Assembly: GCA_027623675.1 (NCBI GenBank) | Contig: JAQBVF010000027.1 | Location: forward strand, 1 to 47,793 | From: Chloroflexota bacterium | Lineage (GTDB): Bacteria; Chloroflexota; Dehalococcoidia; Lucifugimonadales; UBA3495 | Direction of reading: 5' to 3' | DNA length: 47,793 nt | Shown here: positions 18,007 to 27,725 of the stretch, piece after piece | Layout: each line of letters starts with the position of its first letter | How positions within the stretch are numbered: position 1 is the first letter of the stretch | Translations under genes and position numbers: made by a program | Notes under the pieces: model-generated | What the model was told of the DNA's origin: nothing | The model's input: only the letters and a program-made list of their open reading frames with translations | The model's database searches: none

Positions 18007-19404
18007 TTATTTGATTGTGAGCTTGACGAGATGGTCGGCCCGGTCCTGGTTGTCGAGATCGCGGCAGGTCGCAATGATCTCTTCGAACCGCGACTCAGGG
18101 ATCGGCACACCGGGAATCACGCCGCGGATCCGCCGCGCCTCTTCATCGAAATCCCACATGAATTCGCGCCCGGTGGACTGTTTCGTATAGCTCTTGCCAT
18201 CTTTGGTGAAGATGGTGATGCGGGGCCCAAAGAGCGTCATATCGTGCGACGGGATGATGGTAACCCGGTGCATCAGTTCCAACACCTCCGGCGGGTCGCC
18301 TCCACCGTCCGCGGCGCCCATCTGCTGGCTCCGTAGCACCGGGAAACCCCGTTGGCAAACGCCGTACGCGGTGTAGTACTTGGTGCTCCCCGGCCCCGGC
18401 TCGCCGTCCTCCCGCCGGCTCGGGAAGGCCGGACTGGGATACTGGGTCTCAAGCCAGTTCACCACAGCCTCGACGCGCTCAACGTTCTCATAGCGGACAT
18501 CGTGCTCAGCACAGAGCTGGGCCGTCACGTCCACGTGGGCGATGTTGTAGCCGGCCGTTGAGTAGATGCGGTAGAGGGTTTCGAGGAACATCCAATCTTT
18601 CCCCAGCCCTTCGGTGATCTTGTCCAGGCTGGTCTGGGTGTCGCCAACAAAGCTGTGGGTAAGCCGGCCCGTGTTGTTGCCGGCATAGGCGTGATAGAAG
18701 CCGGCCTCGCCTTCAAGGGTGGTATCGCCGCCCACATGTCCCATCTGGGCCAGCGTCACCGCGAGCATGGCGTTTCGGACCGCGGCCCCCTCACGCAGAG
18801 CGCGGCCGCCGTTGCGAGGCCCTTCCAGGTTGCCCGCCGCCAGATGAACACAGAGCGCGATGGCGCTGTTCACCTGGTCTTCGTTAAGGTCCATCATCTT
18901 TGCGGCGGCGATGGCCGGGCCGAAGATGCCGAACACCGGACCGGCATGAAATCCGCGGGCCATCACCGTGGGGATGAAGTCGGACGCCAGCCGCTCCATG
19001 ACTTCATAGCCGGCGGCAACACCGGTCAGGAATTCCTTGCCGGAGGCGCCGGCGGTTTCCGCGCCCACAAAGGCGCCCGGAAGTATGCTGGTGCCGGGGT
19101 GCGTGAGCATGCGGAAGGAGTCCAATTTACCGCCGGACATGGCCATCTCCGCATTGGCGAAGGCGGCGCCGCCCTTGGTCGCCGTTGTGCCGTCAACCAT
19201 GATGGTGGCGCCCCGGCTCACGCCAGATTCTTCGGCGGTGATGAGCTGCACGGCCTGCTGGCCGCTGTGCGTCTGCGAGCCAAGGAGCACCGATGCAAGA
19301 CTGTGAAGCGTGACGCCCTTGGCCCGGTCTATCACCGCAGGGGGAAGATCGTCATAGCGCAGTCCTACGACCCACTGCGCAAGTTGCCGGCTGAGAGATT
19401 CCAT
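18007..19404 (-). CDS. MmgE/PrpD family protein
   Basis: LRYDDLPPAVIDRAK, AAFANA, THPG, SGKEFLTGVAAGYEV, RGFH, LEGEAGFY. Confidence 0.88.
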   Translation of the reverse strand: MESLSRQLAQWVVGLRYDDLPPAVIDRAKGVTLHSLASVLLGSQTHSGQQAVQLITAEESGVSRGATIMVDGTTATKGGAAFANAEMAMSGGKLDSFRMLTHPGTSILPGAFVGAETAGASGKEFLTGVAAGYEVMERLASDFIPTVMARGFHAGPVFGIFGPAIAAAKMMDLNEDQVNSAIALCVHLAAGNLEGPRNGGRALREGAAVRNAMLAVTLAQMGHVGGDTTLEGEAGFYHAYAGNNTGRLTHSFVGDTQTSLDKITEGLGKDWMFLETLYRIYSTAGYNIAHVDVTAQLCAEHDVRYENVERVEAVVNWLETQYPSPAFPSRREDGEPGPGSTKYYTAYGVCQRGFPVLRSQQMGAADGGGDPPEVLELMHRVTIIPSHDMTLFGPRITIFTKDGKSYTKQSTGREFMWDFDEEARRIRGVIPGVPIPESRFEEIIATCRDLDNQDRADHLVKLTIK

Positions 19405-19609
19405 ATCTTTCTCCGATGTGTTGCTAGAGTTTTTCGTGCGCCTTGGAAATAAGGCCCTAAATGGCAGCCCAGGTAGTCTATCGCATCATCAAGATCGAGG
19501 GAGCTAGACGAACTCCCGGTCAAAAAATATCCTCAGCTCTTGACGGCTGGGAAAGATCAAACCCTGCCTAGATCACACCCTTGGTCCATGCGGTGACGCC
19601 CCAGTTCGG

Positions 19610-20644
19610 TCACCTCATGCCAACCACTCGGACACGGTGGTTGATGCCGTCGGCGATGTACAGATTGCCGTTCCGGTCGATCCCGCAGCCGTGTGGGCGC
19701 TCCAGCCCGGCCTCCGTGGCGCTTCCGCCATCGCCGTCGCCGCCCTGGTGTCCTCCGGCGATGGTCATCACGATCCCGGTTTCGGCGTCGATAAGCCGGA
19801 CGGCATTGTTCTCCGTGTCGACAACGATCACGTTGTCGTGATGGTCGCACCGGATGGCTTTGGGGGCACCCCAAGTGGCGGTCAGGGCTGGGCCGCCGTC
19901 CCCGCTGTAGCCAGGCTGGCCGGTCCCCGCGAAAGTGCTCATGATTCCGTTGGAATCCACTCTGCGGACGCCGTTGCCTTCCCTCTCGGCGATAAACGTG
20001 TCGCCCTTGCTGTTCACGCACACCGCCCTGGGTCCGAAGAGTGACGCTTCGGTGGCCGGCCGGCCATCGCCTTCCCGCCGTTTCTCGCCGTCGCCCGCGA
20101 AGGTGGTTATGATGCCGGTCTTCAGGTCCAGGCGGCGTATGCGCTGGTCCTGGATGTCGGCGATCAGCAGCCCGCCCTTGCCGTCCAAGAAGCAGTCGTT
20201 GGGTTCGCGCATCTGGGCCTGGGCGCCGGGGCCGCCGTCGCCTCCGTAGCCGGGTTCTCCGGTCCCGGCCACCGTGGTGATGACGCCGGTGGCGGCGTCG
20301 ACCTTGCGGATAGCCGCGTTGAACCGGTCTACGATGTAAATATCGCCGTTGGTATCCACGGTTAGTGAATATAAGTTGTTCATGGTCGCCATCGTCGCGG
20401 GGCCGCCGTCGCCAGAGTACCCCGCCTCGCCGGTGCCCGCCACCGTGGTGATCACCTGCGTGGTCCTATCGATACGCCGTACCGTGTGGGTCCGTCCGTC
20501 GCAGATGTACAGATTGCCGTCCACATCGAACGCGCACCCGTAAGCCTCGCCGATCAGCGCCTGGGTTGCGGGGCCTCCGTCACCGGCGTAACCTTCCTGG
20601 CCCGTACCGACCACCGTGCAGATCTTTCCTAACTCGAAGTCCAT
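19610..20644 (-). CDS. NHL-repeat beta-propeller protein, no signal peptide
   Basis: Six repeats of ITTVAGTG..GYSGDGGPAT.A ... D.NG.LYIAD..N..IR.ID. Confidence 0.88.
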   Translation of the reverse strand: MDFELGKICTVVGTGQEGYAGDGGPATQALIGEAYGCAFDVDGNLYICDGRTHTVRRIDRTTQVITTVAGTGEAGYSGDGGPATMATMNNLYSLTVDTNGDIYIVDRFNAAIRKVDAATGVITTVAGTGEPGYGGDGGPGAQAQMREPNDCFLDGKGGLLIADIQDQRIRRLDLKTGIITTFAGDGEKRREGDGRPATEASLFGPRAVCVNSKGDTFIAEREGNGVRRVDSNGIMSTFAGTGQPGYSGDGGPALTATWGAPKAIRCDHHDNVIVVDTENNAVRLIDAETGIVMTIAGGHQGGDGDGGSATEAGLERPHGCGIDRNGNLYIADGINHRVRVVGMR

Positions 20645-20703
20645 GTCCCGCCCCAATGTTGAAATTTAGGTCCCGTAAGCGAACAGCGTTGGCCGTGGGG
20701 CTG

Positions 20704-21645
20704 CTACCGCCTGAAATGTGGAATCACGTCTTGGCCGATGGTGGTGATCGTTTGCAATGCCCGCTCACGTTCGTCCAAGGCGCACCGGAACAATACCTCG
20801 GTCACGCCGGCCGACTCCATGTCTTCCAGGTACGCGATGCATTCATCCGGGCCGCCGACCACCAACGACCGTTCCAGTTCAGCCGCGCCGAACCCACGGT
20901 AGCCATTTTTAAAAAGCGTCTGGGCCTCGCGGTGGCCGGCGGTTGAAGTCGGACCAAGATGCGCGTCACGCCGGAGCACGATGCTCATATCGTGCATGCC
21001 GCGGCCGCAGTCCGACACGGCTTGTTTGTACACCGCTATCCCCTTTTTCGCCACGTCCGGTGTGGAGCCTGGGGCGATCACCCATCCGTCCGCCATCTTA
21101 GCCGCCCTCCGTATCGCCGGTCTCGCGCTTCCGGCGATCCACATGGGCAGTGGCCGGGAGATGGGTTTGGGATTCATGGAAACGGGGGCGTCGATGGAGT
21201 AGTGGCGGCCCCGGTAGGTGACTCCGTCGCCCGCCCAAAGCAGCTTCATGATCTCGAATGTTTCGACGAAGCGGGAGACCCGGTCTCCCTGGGTTGTTTG
21301 AAATGCCGTGAAAGCGGCGGGGTCGTATCCGAGAGCATTGATCACCGTGGTCCTGCCGCCGGAAATCACATCAAGGGTGGCCAGTTGCTCGGCAAGCAGC
21401 AGGGGATTGTAGAATGGCAGGAGGAAGAGCGGCAACAACCGCATGTTGCCACTGACCGGCGCAAGACTGGAGATGGAGGGCAGCACTTGCAGGTAGTGGT
21501 TGTCGGTCAGATGGTGGTCGCCCAACGAGAATGAGTCGAACCCAAGCTGGGCCATGAGTCCAACTTCCTCGACCAGGTTGGCCATGATCTTCAAGCTGTC
21601 CTGGTCGATAGGATAGCTCGAAGTTAATGACATGCCGATCTTCAC
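20704..21645 (-). CDS. LLM-class flavin-dependent oxidoreductase
   Basis: LGFDSFSLGDHH, YNPLLLAEQLATLDVISGGR, PKP..RPLPMWIAG, AIRRAAKMADGW, VVGGPDEC. Confidence 0.9.
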   Translation of the reverse strand: MKIGMSLTSSYPIDQDSLKIMANLVEEVGLMAQLGFDSFSLGDHHLTDNHYLQVLPSISSLAPVSGNMRLLPLFLLPFYNPLLLAEQLATLDVISGGRTTVINALGYDPAAFTAFQTTQGDRVSRFVETFEIMKLLWAGDGVTYRGRHYSIDAPVSMNPKPISRPLPMWIAGSARPAIRRAAKMADGWVIAPGSTPDVAKKGIAVYKQAVSDCGRGMHDMSIVLRRDAHLGPTSTAGHREAQTLFKNGYRGFGAAELERSLVVGGPDECIAYLEDMESAGVTEVLFRCALDERERALQTITTIGQDVIPHFRR

Positions 21646-21688
21646 TTTGGCACTTCCTCCGGCGCACGGTCGTGGGGTGCGCAGCGGT

Positions 21689-22552
21689 CTAATTGACTAT
21701 CTTGGCCCGTTCTTCCACGGTCGCGATCTTGAAGATGGTCCAATGCCTCAACTGGGCCAGCGCAACGCCTGCTTGGTCCACCAGGAGGACATCGTAGCTG
21801 GCAAAATGGTGGGCCTTTCGCTCGTAGGCGTCAAGCAGGTGCGCGCCTCCGATGACCGTGGTCCCGACCGGTATCCTGCGGTGGTGCTGCACCCGGCTCC
21901 GGGTGTGCATGGAGCTTGGGACGGCGAAATTGTGCCGGAGAAGTTTCTCGGCCCACCCGGCGGTCCAAGAGGGATGGGCGATGGCCTTCGCGCCGACAAA
22001 CAATGGGTTGCCGGTGTGCTGTTTCTGAGCGATGAAATCTTTGGCTGTTTCCGGTGATAGTTCAAGCTCCATCGCCGACCAGTCTTTCCCGATCTCCGCA
22101 TTCTCCAGTGTTAGGGGACCTTTGCTATCCGACTCACCTGCCGGAGTCATGGAGCGCGGTTTGGTGAGTTCGTGAAGCCACGGCGCCTTCCCCAGGCCGA
22201 CCGTGCCGGCCACGCAGACATCGCCGGACTCATTGATCATCTCCACTTTCCAAGATTCGGCGGGCGAAGCTGGAATCAACCCGGTCAACGTGGCTCTAAC
22301 CGTGAGGGTGTCGCCGGGGAAGGTGGGTTGCCGGAAGGAATACTCGGCCCAGCCATCTTCGAGCCAACCCTCACCCAGCGCCTCCAGTATCGTGTCGGTG
22401 GCCCATCCCCAGACGGTGACGCCGCCGACCAGTGGGCCGTTAAACCCATAGGCCTTCGCGACTTCCGTCGAGTGGATCGGGTTGGTTATATCGGGGCTGT
22501 CATCGTTATCAAGATAGGCGACGACCGTCTTCTCGATTCTCGTTCCTGCCAT
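21689..22552 (-). CDS. Double hot-dog fold (MaoC-like) dehydratase
   Basis: Hydratase-2-like motif NPIH..VAKAYGF.GPLVGG, FRQPTFPGDTLTV; second hot-dog half with HTRSRVQH. Confidence 0.72.
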   Translation of the reverse strand: MAGTRIEKTVVAYLDNDDSPDITNPIHSTEVAKAYGFNGPLVGGVTVWGWATDTILEALGEGWLEDGWAEYSFRQPTFPGDTLTVRATLTGLIPASPAESWKVEMINESGDVCVAGTVGLGKAPWLHELTKPRSMTPAGESDSKGPLTLENAEIGKDWSAMELELSPETAKDFIAQKQHTGNPLFVGAKAIAHPSWTAGWAEKLLRHNFAVPSSMHTRSRVQHHRRIPVGTTVIGGAHLLDAYERKAHHFASYDVLLVDQAGVALAQLRHWTIFKIATVEERAKIVN

Positions 22553-22602
22553 CGCGCCACCGTCCTATCATTGGAGTAATCTGGTTGGGAACGACGAAGA
22601 AA

Positions 22603-22965
22603 TCAGCCTTTGGGGAGCCAAGGGCCGTCTTCCAAGGGCACATTCATCGAGATCCGGGACCCTTGACCGATTCCCCGGGTGATATGCCCATGCCCGGTGG
22701 TGTCCTGGGCGATCAGGATATCGCCGGGACCGAGGCGTTTGACCGTCCCATCGGCCACTTCGATCTCGGAGATGCCTTCCAGGTGCACGACGTACTGGAT
22801 GCGGGATGCGTTGTGATAGTCGTCCATTGAAGGCGACTGGTTTTGATTCAGCCTGGTTGCGCCTTCCCCGATGTGCTTGACGATCTCGGCGAACTGATCG
22901 GTGGAAACGTCGATTAGGCGCGACTCGCCGTCGGCGGCCGGGTAAACCGTAACGATCTGGACCAT
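22603..22965 (-). CDS. Small cupin domain protein
   Basis: YHNASRIQYVVHLEG..EIEVADG...LGPGDILIAQDTTGHGH. Confidence 0.85.
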   Translation of the reverse strand: MVQIVTVYPAADGESRLIDVSTDQFAEIVKHIGEGATRLNQNQSPSMDDYHNASRIQYVVHLEGISEIEVADGTVKRLGPGDILIAQDTTGHGHITRGIGQGSRISMNVPLEDGPWLPKG

Positions 22966-23034
22966 CAGACCCTCCTAGTTATGTTGTCGTTATATTGTTC
23001 TCAAGGGAAATGTCCGGAGGCGGCTAAACTCGGG

Positions 23035-24201
23035 TCAGCGGTTCCCGGCCAGATAGGAATCGGTGGCCCGTTTCAGGCCGGCCCTACGGTTGGCTTGAAG
23101 CGCTTCCTTCATGCTGGCCGACCGCTGCTGGGAGTCGATGATCCCGGTGAGGCTGCCTTGGTATTGGGGCATGACGTAGCGGGCCATCAACTCATAGCTG
23201 CGGTGCAACTTGTCGCGGGGCGCCCAGTCTTCCGCCCGCAAGAGCAGACCGCCGAACCCGCCGCTGGCTTCCTGAAGGCGCTCGATGCCGGCGATGCAAT
23301 CGTCAGGGGTCCCCACGATCCACTGATTGTGCTCCACCATGTAGTCGACGACCTCGTTGGCGGGAACGTCGGGGATGGGATTGCCGTTGGTGCCGCCGGT
23401 GTATTCCGTCACCACACGGCCTGCGCCAATCCGGATGTCCTCGAATGCCTGCTCCCGGGTTTCGGCCAGATGACACCCAACGGACAACCGCCAGTCTTCA
23501 CGCCGCACGGTCTTCCCGTTGGCCGCCGCCGTCTCTTCGGCGATGGCCCACTGGTCCTTCAAAGAGGTGCTTCTGACGGCGTCGCGAGGCACGCTCAGCG
23601 AGATCACGGAGACCCCGTGCTTGCCGGCCAACAGCACCCCGGACGGGGACTGAACGGAGGCCACGGCCACCGGCAGCGTCGGCTTCTGGTAGGGCCGCAG
23701 CTGCAGCGTGGCGTCTTTCAACTTGAACCAGTCGGTCTCGCAAGTCACCGGTTCGCTGCCATCCAGGAGCCGCATGATCACTCCCAGCGATTCGTCCATC
23801 ATCTCCCGCTGCCGCTCGGGGTCGATGCAGAACATGTTGGCGTCCGACGCCAGAGCGCCGGGCCCAACGCCCAGCATCACCCGTCCGCGGGTCAGGTGGT
23901 CCAGCAACACCATGCGGTTGGCCACCATGTAGGGATGGTGGTAGGGCAGGCTGACCACGCCGGTGCCCAGGCGGATGTGGCGCGTGCGGCCGGCTGCGGC
24001 GGCGATGAATACCTCGGGGGACGCGATGGTCTCCCAGCCGCCGCTGTGGTGCTCTCCGATCCAGGCTTCATCGAACCCCAGGCTATCCAGCCACTCGATC
24101 AATTCCAGGTCGCGTTCCAGGGCCAGAGTGGGGTTCTCGCCCACCCGGTGAAAGGGGGCCATAAAAGTCCCGAAGGTCATGTTGTCAGTAAGGGAAGTCA
24201 A
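23035..24201 (-). CDS. LLM-class flavin-dependent monooxygenase (limonene 1,2-monooxygenase-like)
   Basis: FGTFMAPFH, NPTLALERDLELIEWLD.LGFDEAWIGEHHS, LDHLTRGRVMLGVGPGALASD, RSYELMARYVMP. TTG start with SD GGAGGAG. Confidence 0.9.
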   Translation of the reverse strand: MTSLTDNMTFGTFMAPFHRVGENPTLALERDLELIEWLDSLGFDEAWIGEHHSGGWETIASPEVFIAAAAGRTRHIRLGTGVVSLPYHHPYMVANRMVLLDHLTRGRVMLGVGPGALASDANMFCIDPERQREMMDESLGVIMRLLDGSEPVTCETDWFKLKDATLQLRPYQKPTLPVAVASVQSPSGVLLAGKHGVSVISLSVPRDAVRSTSLKDQWAIAEETAAANGKTVRREDWRLSVGCHLAETREQAFEDIRIGAGRVVTEYTGGTNGNPIPDVPANEVVDYMVEHNQWIVGTPDDCIAGIERLQEASGGFGGLLLRAEDWAPRDKLHRSYELMARYVMPQYQGSLTGIIDSQQRSASMKEALQANRRAGLKRATDSYLAGNR

Positions 24202-24230
24202 TTTGATCTCCTCCGTCCAGTTTGAATCTA

Positions 24231-26306
24231 CTAATCATCTTTGCCGGTTGAGCCGGCAGGCCCGCTCATCCCAAACACTTTCAAAGCGAAAGCGTACTCC
24301 AGTGCCACTTCTTTCAGCCGGTCGAACCGGCCCGACGCTCCCCCGTGCCCGGAATCCATATGAATCTTCAACAACAGGAGATTGTCGTCGGTCTTTGAGT
24401 CCCGCAGACGAGCGGCCCACTTGGCCGGTTCCCAATAGGTCACCCTGGGGTCGCTGATGCCGCCGGTGATCAGCATATGCGGGTAATCTTGGCGCTTGAC
24501 GTTGTCGTAGGGCGAGTAGGTTTTGATGTAGTCGTAATAATCCTTCACCTGGGGATTGCCCCACTCGTTATACTCCATCGTGGTCAGTGGCAGAGTATCA
24601 TCCAGCATCGTGTTCAGCACGTCCACGAATGGAACGTCGGCGACGAGCGCCTTGAACAGGTCGGGGCGCAGGTTGGCCACCGCCCCCATCAGCATGCCGC
24701 CGGCGCTGCCGCCCGAGGCGATGATTCTACCTCTTTGGGTGTAGTTCTGAGCGATCAGGTGCTCGGCGCAGGCGATGAAATCGGTGAATGTATTACGTTT
24801 TTTGAGCAGTTTGCCCTCTTCGTACCAGTCCCACCCCAGGTCCATCCCGCCCCTCACATGGGCCACGGCAAAGATGAATCCCCGGTCCACCAGGCTCAGC
24901 CGGGCCGACCCAAAATTCGAATCGACCACTATGCCGTAGGACCCGTACCCGTAGAGATAGAGGGGCGCGGACCCGTCGAGGGGAGTCTCCTTGGCAAAGA
25001 GGAGCGATATGGGGATCAGAGTGCCGTCTTCCGCCGGCGCGAATATCCTTCTGGCCTCGTATCTCTCAGAGGAGAAGTCTCCCAGAACCTCCGTTTGTTT
25101 CCTCAGTTCCCTGGTGTGGGTTTCGATGTCGTAGTCGTATATCGCCGCGGGGGTCGTCAGCGATGTGTAGGCGAACCGCAACGCGGGTGTATCCCATTCC
25201 CGCCCTTCGATCACTCCAGCCGAGTAGTCATCTTCATCGAAAGCCACGTCAAAGGCATTCCCAGAGGCATGTTCGACGACTCTTATCTGGGGCAACCCGT
25301 TTTCACGACAAGAAAGAACCAGGTGATTGCGGGTAACCGTGATGCCGCTGATGGGGCGGCCCGGCACGTGGGGAATCAGGTCCTGCCAATTCTCCGATGC
25401 GGGGGCCGTTACCGGTGTTTCCGAAACCTTGAAGTCCTTGGCCCCATCCGCGTTGTTGCGGACCAAGAACCGGTCGCCGTGGTCGGCAACATCATATTCC
25501 AACCCTTCCCGGCGCGGCTCGATCAGCGTCAACTCGGACCCAGGATCGCCGGCATCCATGAACCGCCACTCCGACATGTTGTTGCCTGAAGCTGCGACAT
25601 AGAGGAAGCGTTTGCTGGAAGATTTAATCACACCAACGAAGAACCGCTCGTCCAGCTCCTGGTAGACCAGTTCATCCACCGAAGGATCATCGCCGAGACG
25701 ATGCCTGAATATCTTGACCGGCCGGTGGTTCTCGTCCAGCACATCGTAGAAGATGGTCTGGTTATCGTTCGCCCATTCCAGGGAGTAATAAGAACCAGGG
25801 ATGGCCTCCGGCAACAGGTCGCCCGTCTCCAGATTCTTGATGTGGATGGTGTATTGCTCCGACCCGTCGGCATCCACCGAATAAGCCAGCCACCTGTGGT
25901 CCGGGCTGTTCGCCAGATTGCCAACGCGGCAATAATCCAGGTCCTTTGCCAGTTCGTTAACGTCGATAAGAATCTCTTCCGGAGCGTCCAGGGATAGATG
26001 CTTGCGGCAATAGACCGGGTACTGGTTCCCTTCCTCGTAGCGGGTGTAGTAGAAGTAGTCGCCATCTTTCTGCGGAACGGTGGAGTCGTCCTCTTTTATC
26101 CGGCCTCGCATCTCCTCGAATAGGGCCTCTCGAAGACCACTCTCCGGCTCCAGCATCGCTTCGGTGTGGGCATTTTCGGCGTTGAGGTATTCCAGGGTCT
26201 CCGGGTCGTCGATATCACGGAGCCAGAACCAGGGATCGTTTCTGATGTCACCGTGATTCGACAGCTCTCGCGGTCTTTGCGGGGCGGAAGGCGCTTGGTC
26301 TGTCAT
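24231..26306 (-). CDS. ptrB: Oligopeptidase B (S9A serine peptidase)
   Basis: DPWFWLRD, YLNAEN, LYGYGSYG, catalytic GGSAGG, DPRVTYWEPAKW, GHGGASGRF. Confidence 0.93.
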   Translation of the reverse strand: MTDQAPSAPQRPRELSNHGDIRNDPWFWLRDIDDPETLEYLNAENAHTEAMLEPESGLREALFEEMRGRIKEDDSTVPQKDGDYFYYTRYEEGNQYPVYCRKHLSLDAPEEILIDVNELAKDLDYCRVGNLANSPDHRWLAYSVDADGSEQYTIHIKNLETGDLLPEAIPGSYYSLEWANDNQTIFYDVLDENHRPVKIFRHRLGDDPSVDELVYQELDERFFVGVIKSSSKRFLYVAASGNNMSEWRFMDAGDPGSELTLIEPRREGLEYDVADHGDRFLVRNNADGAKDFKVSETPVTAPASENWQDLIPHVPGRPISGITVTRNHLVLSCRENGLPQIRVVEHASGNAFDVAFDEDDYSAGVIEGREWDTPALRFAYTSLTTPAAIYDYDIETHTRELRKQTEVLGDFSSERYEARRIFAPAEDGTLIPISLLFAKETPLDGSAPLYLYGYGSYGIVVDSNFGSARLSLVDRGFIFAVAHVRGGMDLGWDWYEEGKLLKKRNTFTDFIACAEHLIAQNYTQRGRIIASGGSAGGMLMGAVANLRPDLFKALVADVPFVDVLNTMLDDTLPLTTMEYNEWGNPQVKDYYDYIKTYSPYDNVKRQDYPHMLITGGISDPRVTYWEPAKWAARLRDSKTDDNLLLLKIHMDSGHGGASGRFDRLKEVALEYAFALKVFGMSGPAGSTGKDD

Positions 26307-26378
26307 TCGGTTCACCAATCTCAGATAGTGCATTCTCTTAGGAATCGGCTATCGGCGCAACAACCCGGGACCCGCTTT

Positions 26379-26441
26379 GGACCATTGGGGTCTGATTATA
26401 TGGTCCGGCGGTTGAGAGTAGGCGATGACTTTGGCTATAGT
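26379..26441. promoter_or_regulatory. Divergent promoters with an inverted-repeat operator candidate
   Basis: Minus-strand TATAAT (26395-26400). Plus-strand TTGAGA-N18-TATAGT (26412-26441). GGACCAT-N14-ATGGTCC (26379-26406) straddles the minus-strand -10. Confidence 0.5.
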
Positions 26442-26470
26442 GTAACGATTCAGATTGAGGAGCAGATCCA

Positions 26471-27568
26471 ATGCCAGACAAGATCCGCTTGGGATTCGTG
26501 GGAGCCAACGTAAACTCGAACTGGTCATCCCAATCGCACTACCCGGCGCTGCTGGCCAGCCCGGACGTCGAGTTCACCGCGGTTTGCACTTCCAGGCCCG
26601 AGAGCGCGGAAGAGGCCCGTCAAGCTTTCGGCGCCAAGTTAGCCTTCCACGATTTCCGGGAGATGGTGGCGTCGCCGGACATCGACGCGGTGGCCGTCGT
26701 GGTGCGGGTGCCCTTGCACTATGAGCCGACGAAGGCGGCCATCGAGGCCGGCAAGCACGTCTACACCGAATGGCCGTTGGGCCGGAACACCGCCGAAGCC
26801 GAGGAACTAGCTGCATTGGCCAAGGCCAAAGGCGTCCAAACGGTGGTGGGTTTGCAATCGCGGGTCAGCCCGGCTCTGCTGTACATCAAGGAGTTGATCG
26901 AGGGCGGCTACGTGGGCGAGGTGCTGTCTTGCCATGTCACCACCATGCGTGACGGCGCGTTGGAGCGCCCTTCCAGCCGCACCTGGCAGCGGGATATCAA
27001 TCTGGGCGCCAACACCCTAACCATCGCCAACGGGCACGTGATCGACGCCCTGCGTTTCGTTTTGGGCAACTTCTCGCGGGTGGCGTGCATGGTCACGACC
27101 CAGGTGCCGAAATTGTACGAGACCGACACCAAACAGTTTGTGGATGTCACCGCCCCCGACAACGTGCGGGTATCAGGGCAGCTTGAGCGCGGCGCGGCGG
27201 CATCGGTGCACGTGGGCGCCGTGCCCTGGGCCGGCAGCGGATTCCGCATGGAGATCTACGGCCGGGAGGGAACGCTGGTCACCACCGGGAGCGTCTCCTC
27301 GCAGCGTGGCGAGATGCTGCGGGTGCAAGGCGTCCAGGGCGGACACGACCTACAAGACCTGGCCATACCGGAACGTTTCGTCTACGTTCCGGACGACTTC
27401 CCCCGCGGCGACCCGTTCAACGTCGGTCAGATGTATGCACTGTTCGCCGAGGCGGTCCGAACTGGAAAGAACCGACTGCCGACGTTCGATACCGCCGTCG
27501 AACTCCACCGCTTCCTCGATACCATCAAGGAAGCGTCGGATGCCGGCCGGGAGCTGCCGGTCGCCTGA
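26471..27568 (+). CDS. Gfo/Idh/MocA family oxidoreductase
   Basis: IRLGFVGA, PDIDAVAVVVRVPLH, AGKHVYTEWPLG, GHVIDAL, MEIYGREGTL. Confidence 0.92.
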   Translation: MPDKIRLGFVGANVNSNWSSQSHYPALLASPDVEFTAVCTSRPESAEEARQAFGAKLAFHDFREMVASPDIDAVAVVVRVPLHYEPTKAAIEAGKHVYTEWPLGRNTAEAEELAALAKAKGVQTVVGLQSRVSPALLYIKELIEGGYVGEVLSCHVTTMRDGALERPSSRTWQRDINLGANTLTIANGHVIDALRFVLGNFSRVACMVTTQVPKLYETDTKQFVDVTAPDNVRVSGQLERGAAASVHVGAVPWAGSGFRMEIYGREGTLVTTGSVSSQRGEMLRVQGVQGGHDLQDLAIPERFVYVPDDFPRGDPFNVGQMYALFAEAVRTGKNRLPTFDTAVELHRFLDTIKEASDAGRELPVA

Positions 27569-27725
27569 CCTGATCTGGCGGGAGGCCCTGAGAAAGCTCT
27601 CAGTCAGAATATTCAGACCAAGATGGCAGGCATGCCTTTCCAGGTCCCTGCCATCGTTTTTTAACTTTGGGGCCAAAGCTTTATGTTCACCGGCTAACTT
27701 GGGCGGTGACGGGAGAATATCGTTC

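Noticed and set aside
17227..19574. 14-bp exact inverted pair GATCTAGGCAGGGT / ACCCTGCCTAGATC flanking dinB and mmgE
   Set aside because: Several 14-mer matches are expected by chance in 48 kb, and there is no recombinase or target duplication.
19610..20644. Periodic DNA repeats suggesting a CRISPR or tandem array
   Set aside because: They are degenerate coding repeats of NHL blades. There are no identical repeats with unique spacers and no cas genes.
27138..27725. 196-aa N-terminal extension of the second GMC ORF (709 aa in the track)
   Set aside because: It overlaps the Gfo/Idh/MocA gene in another frame. The GMC fold begins at ATG 27726 with its own SD.
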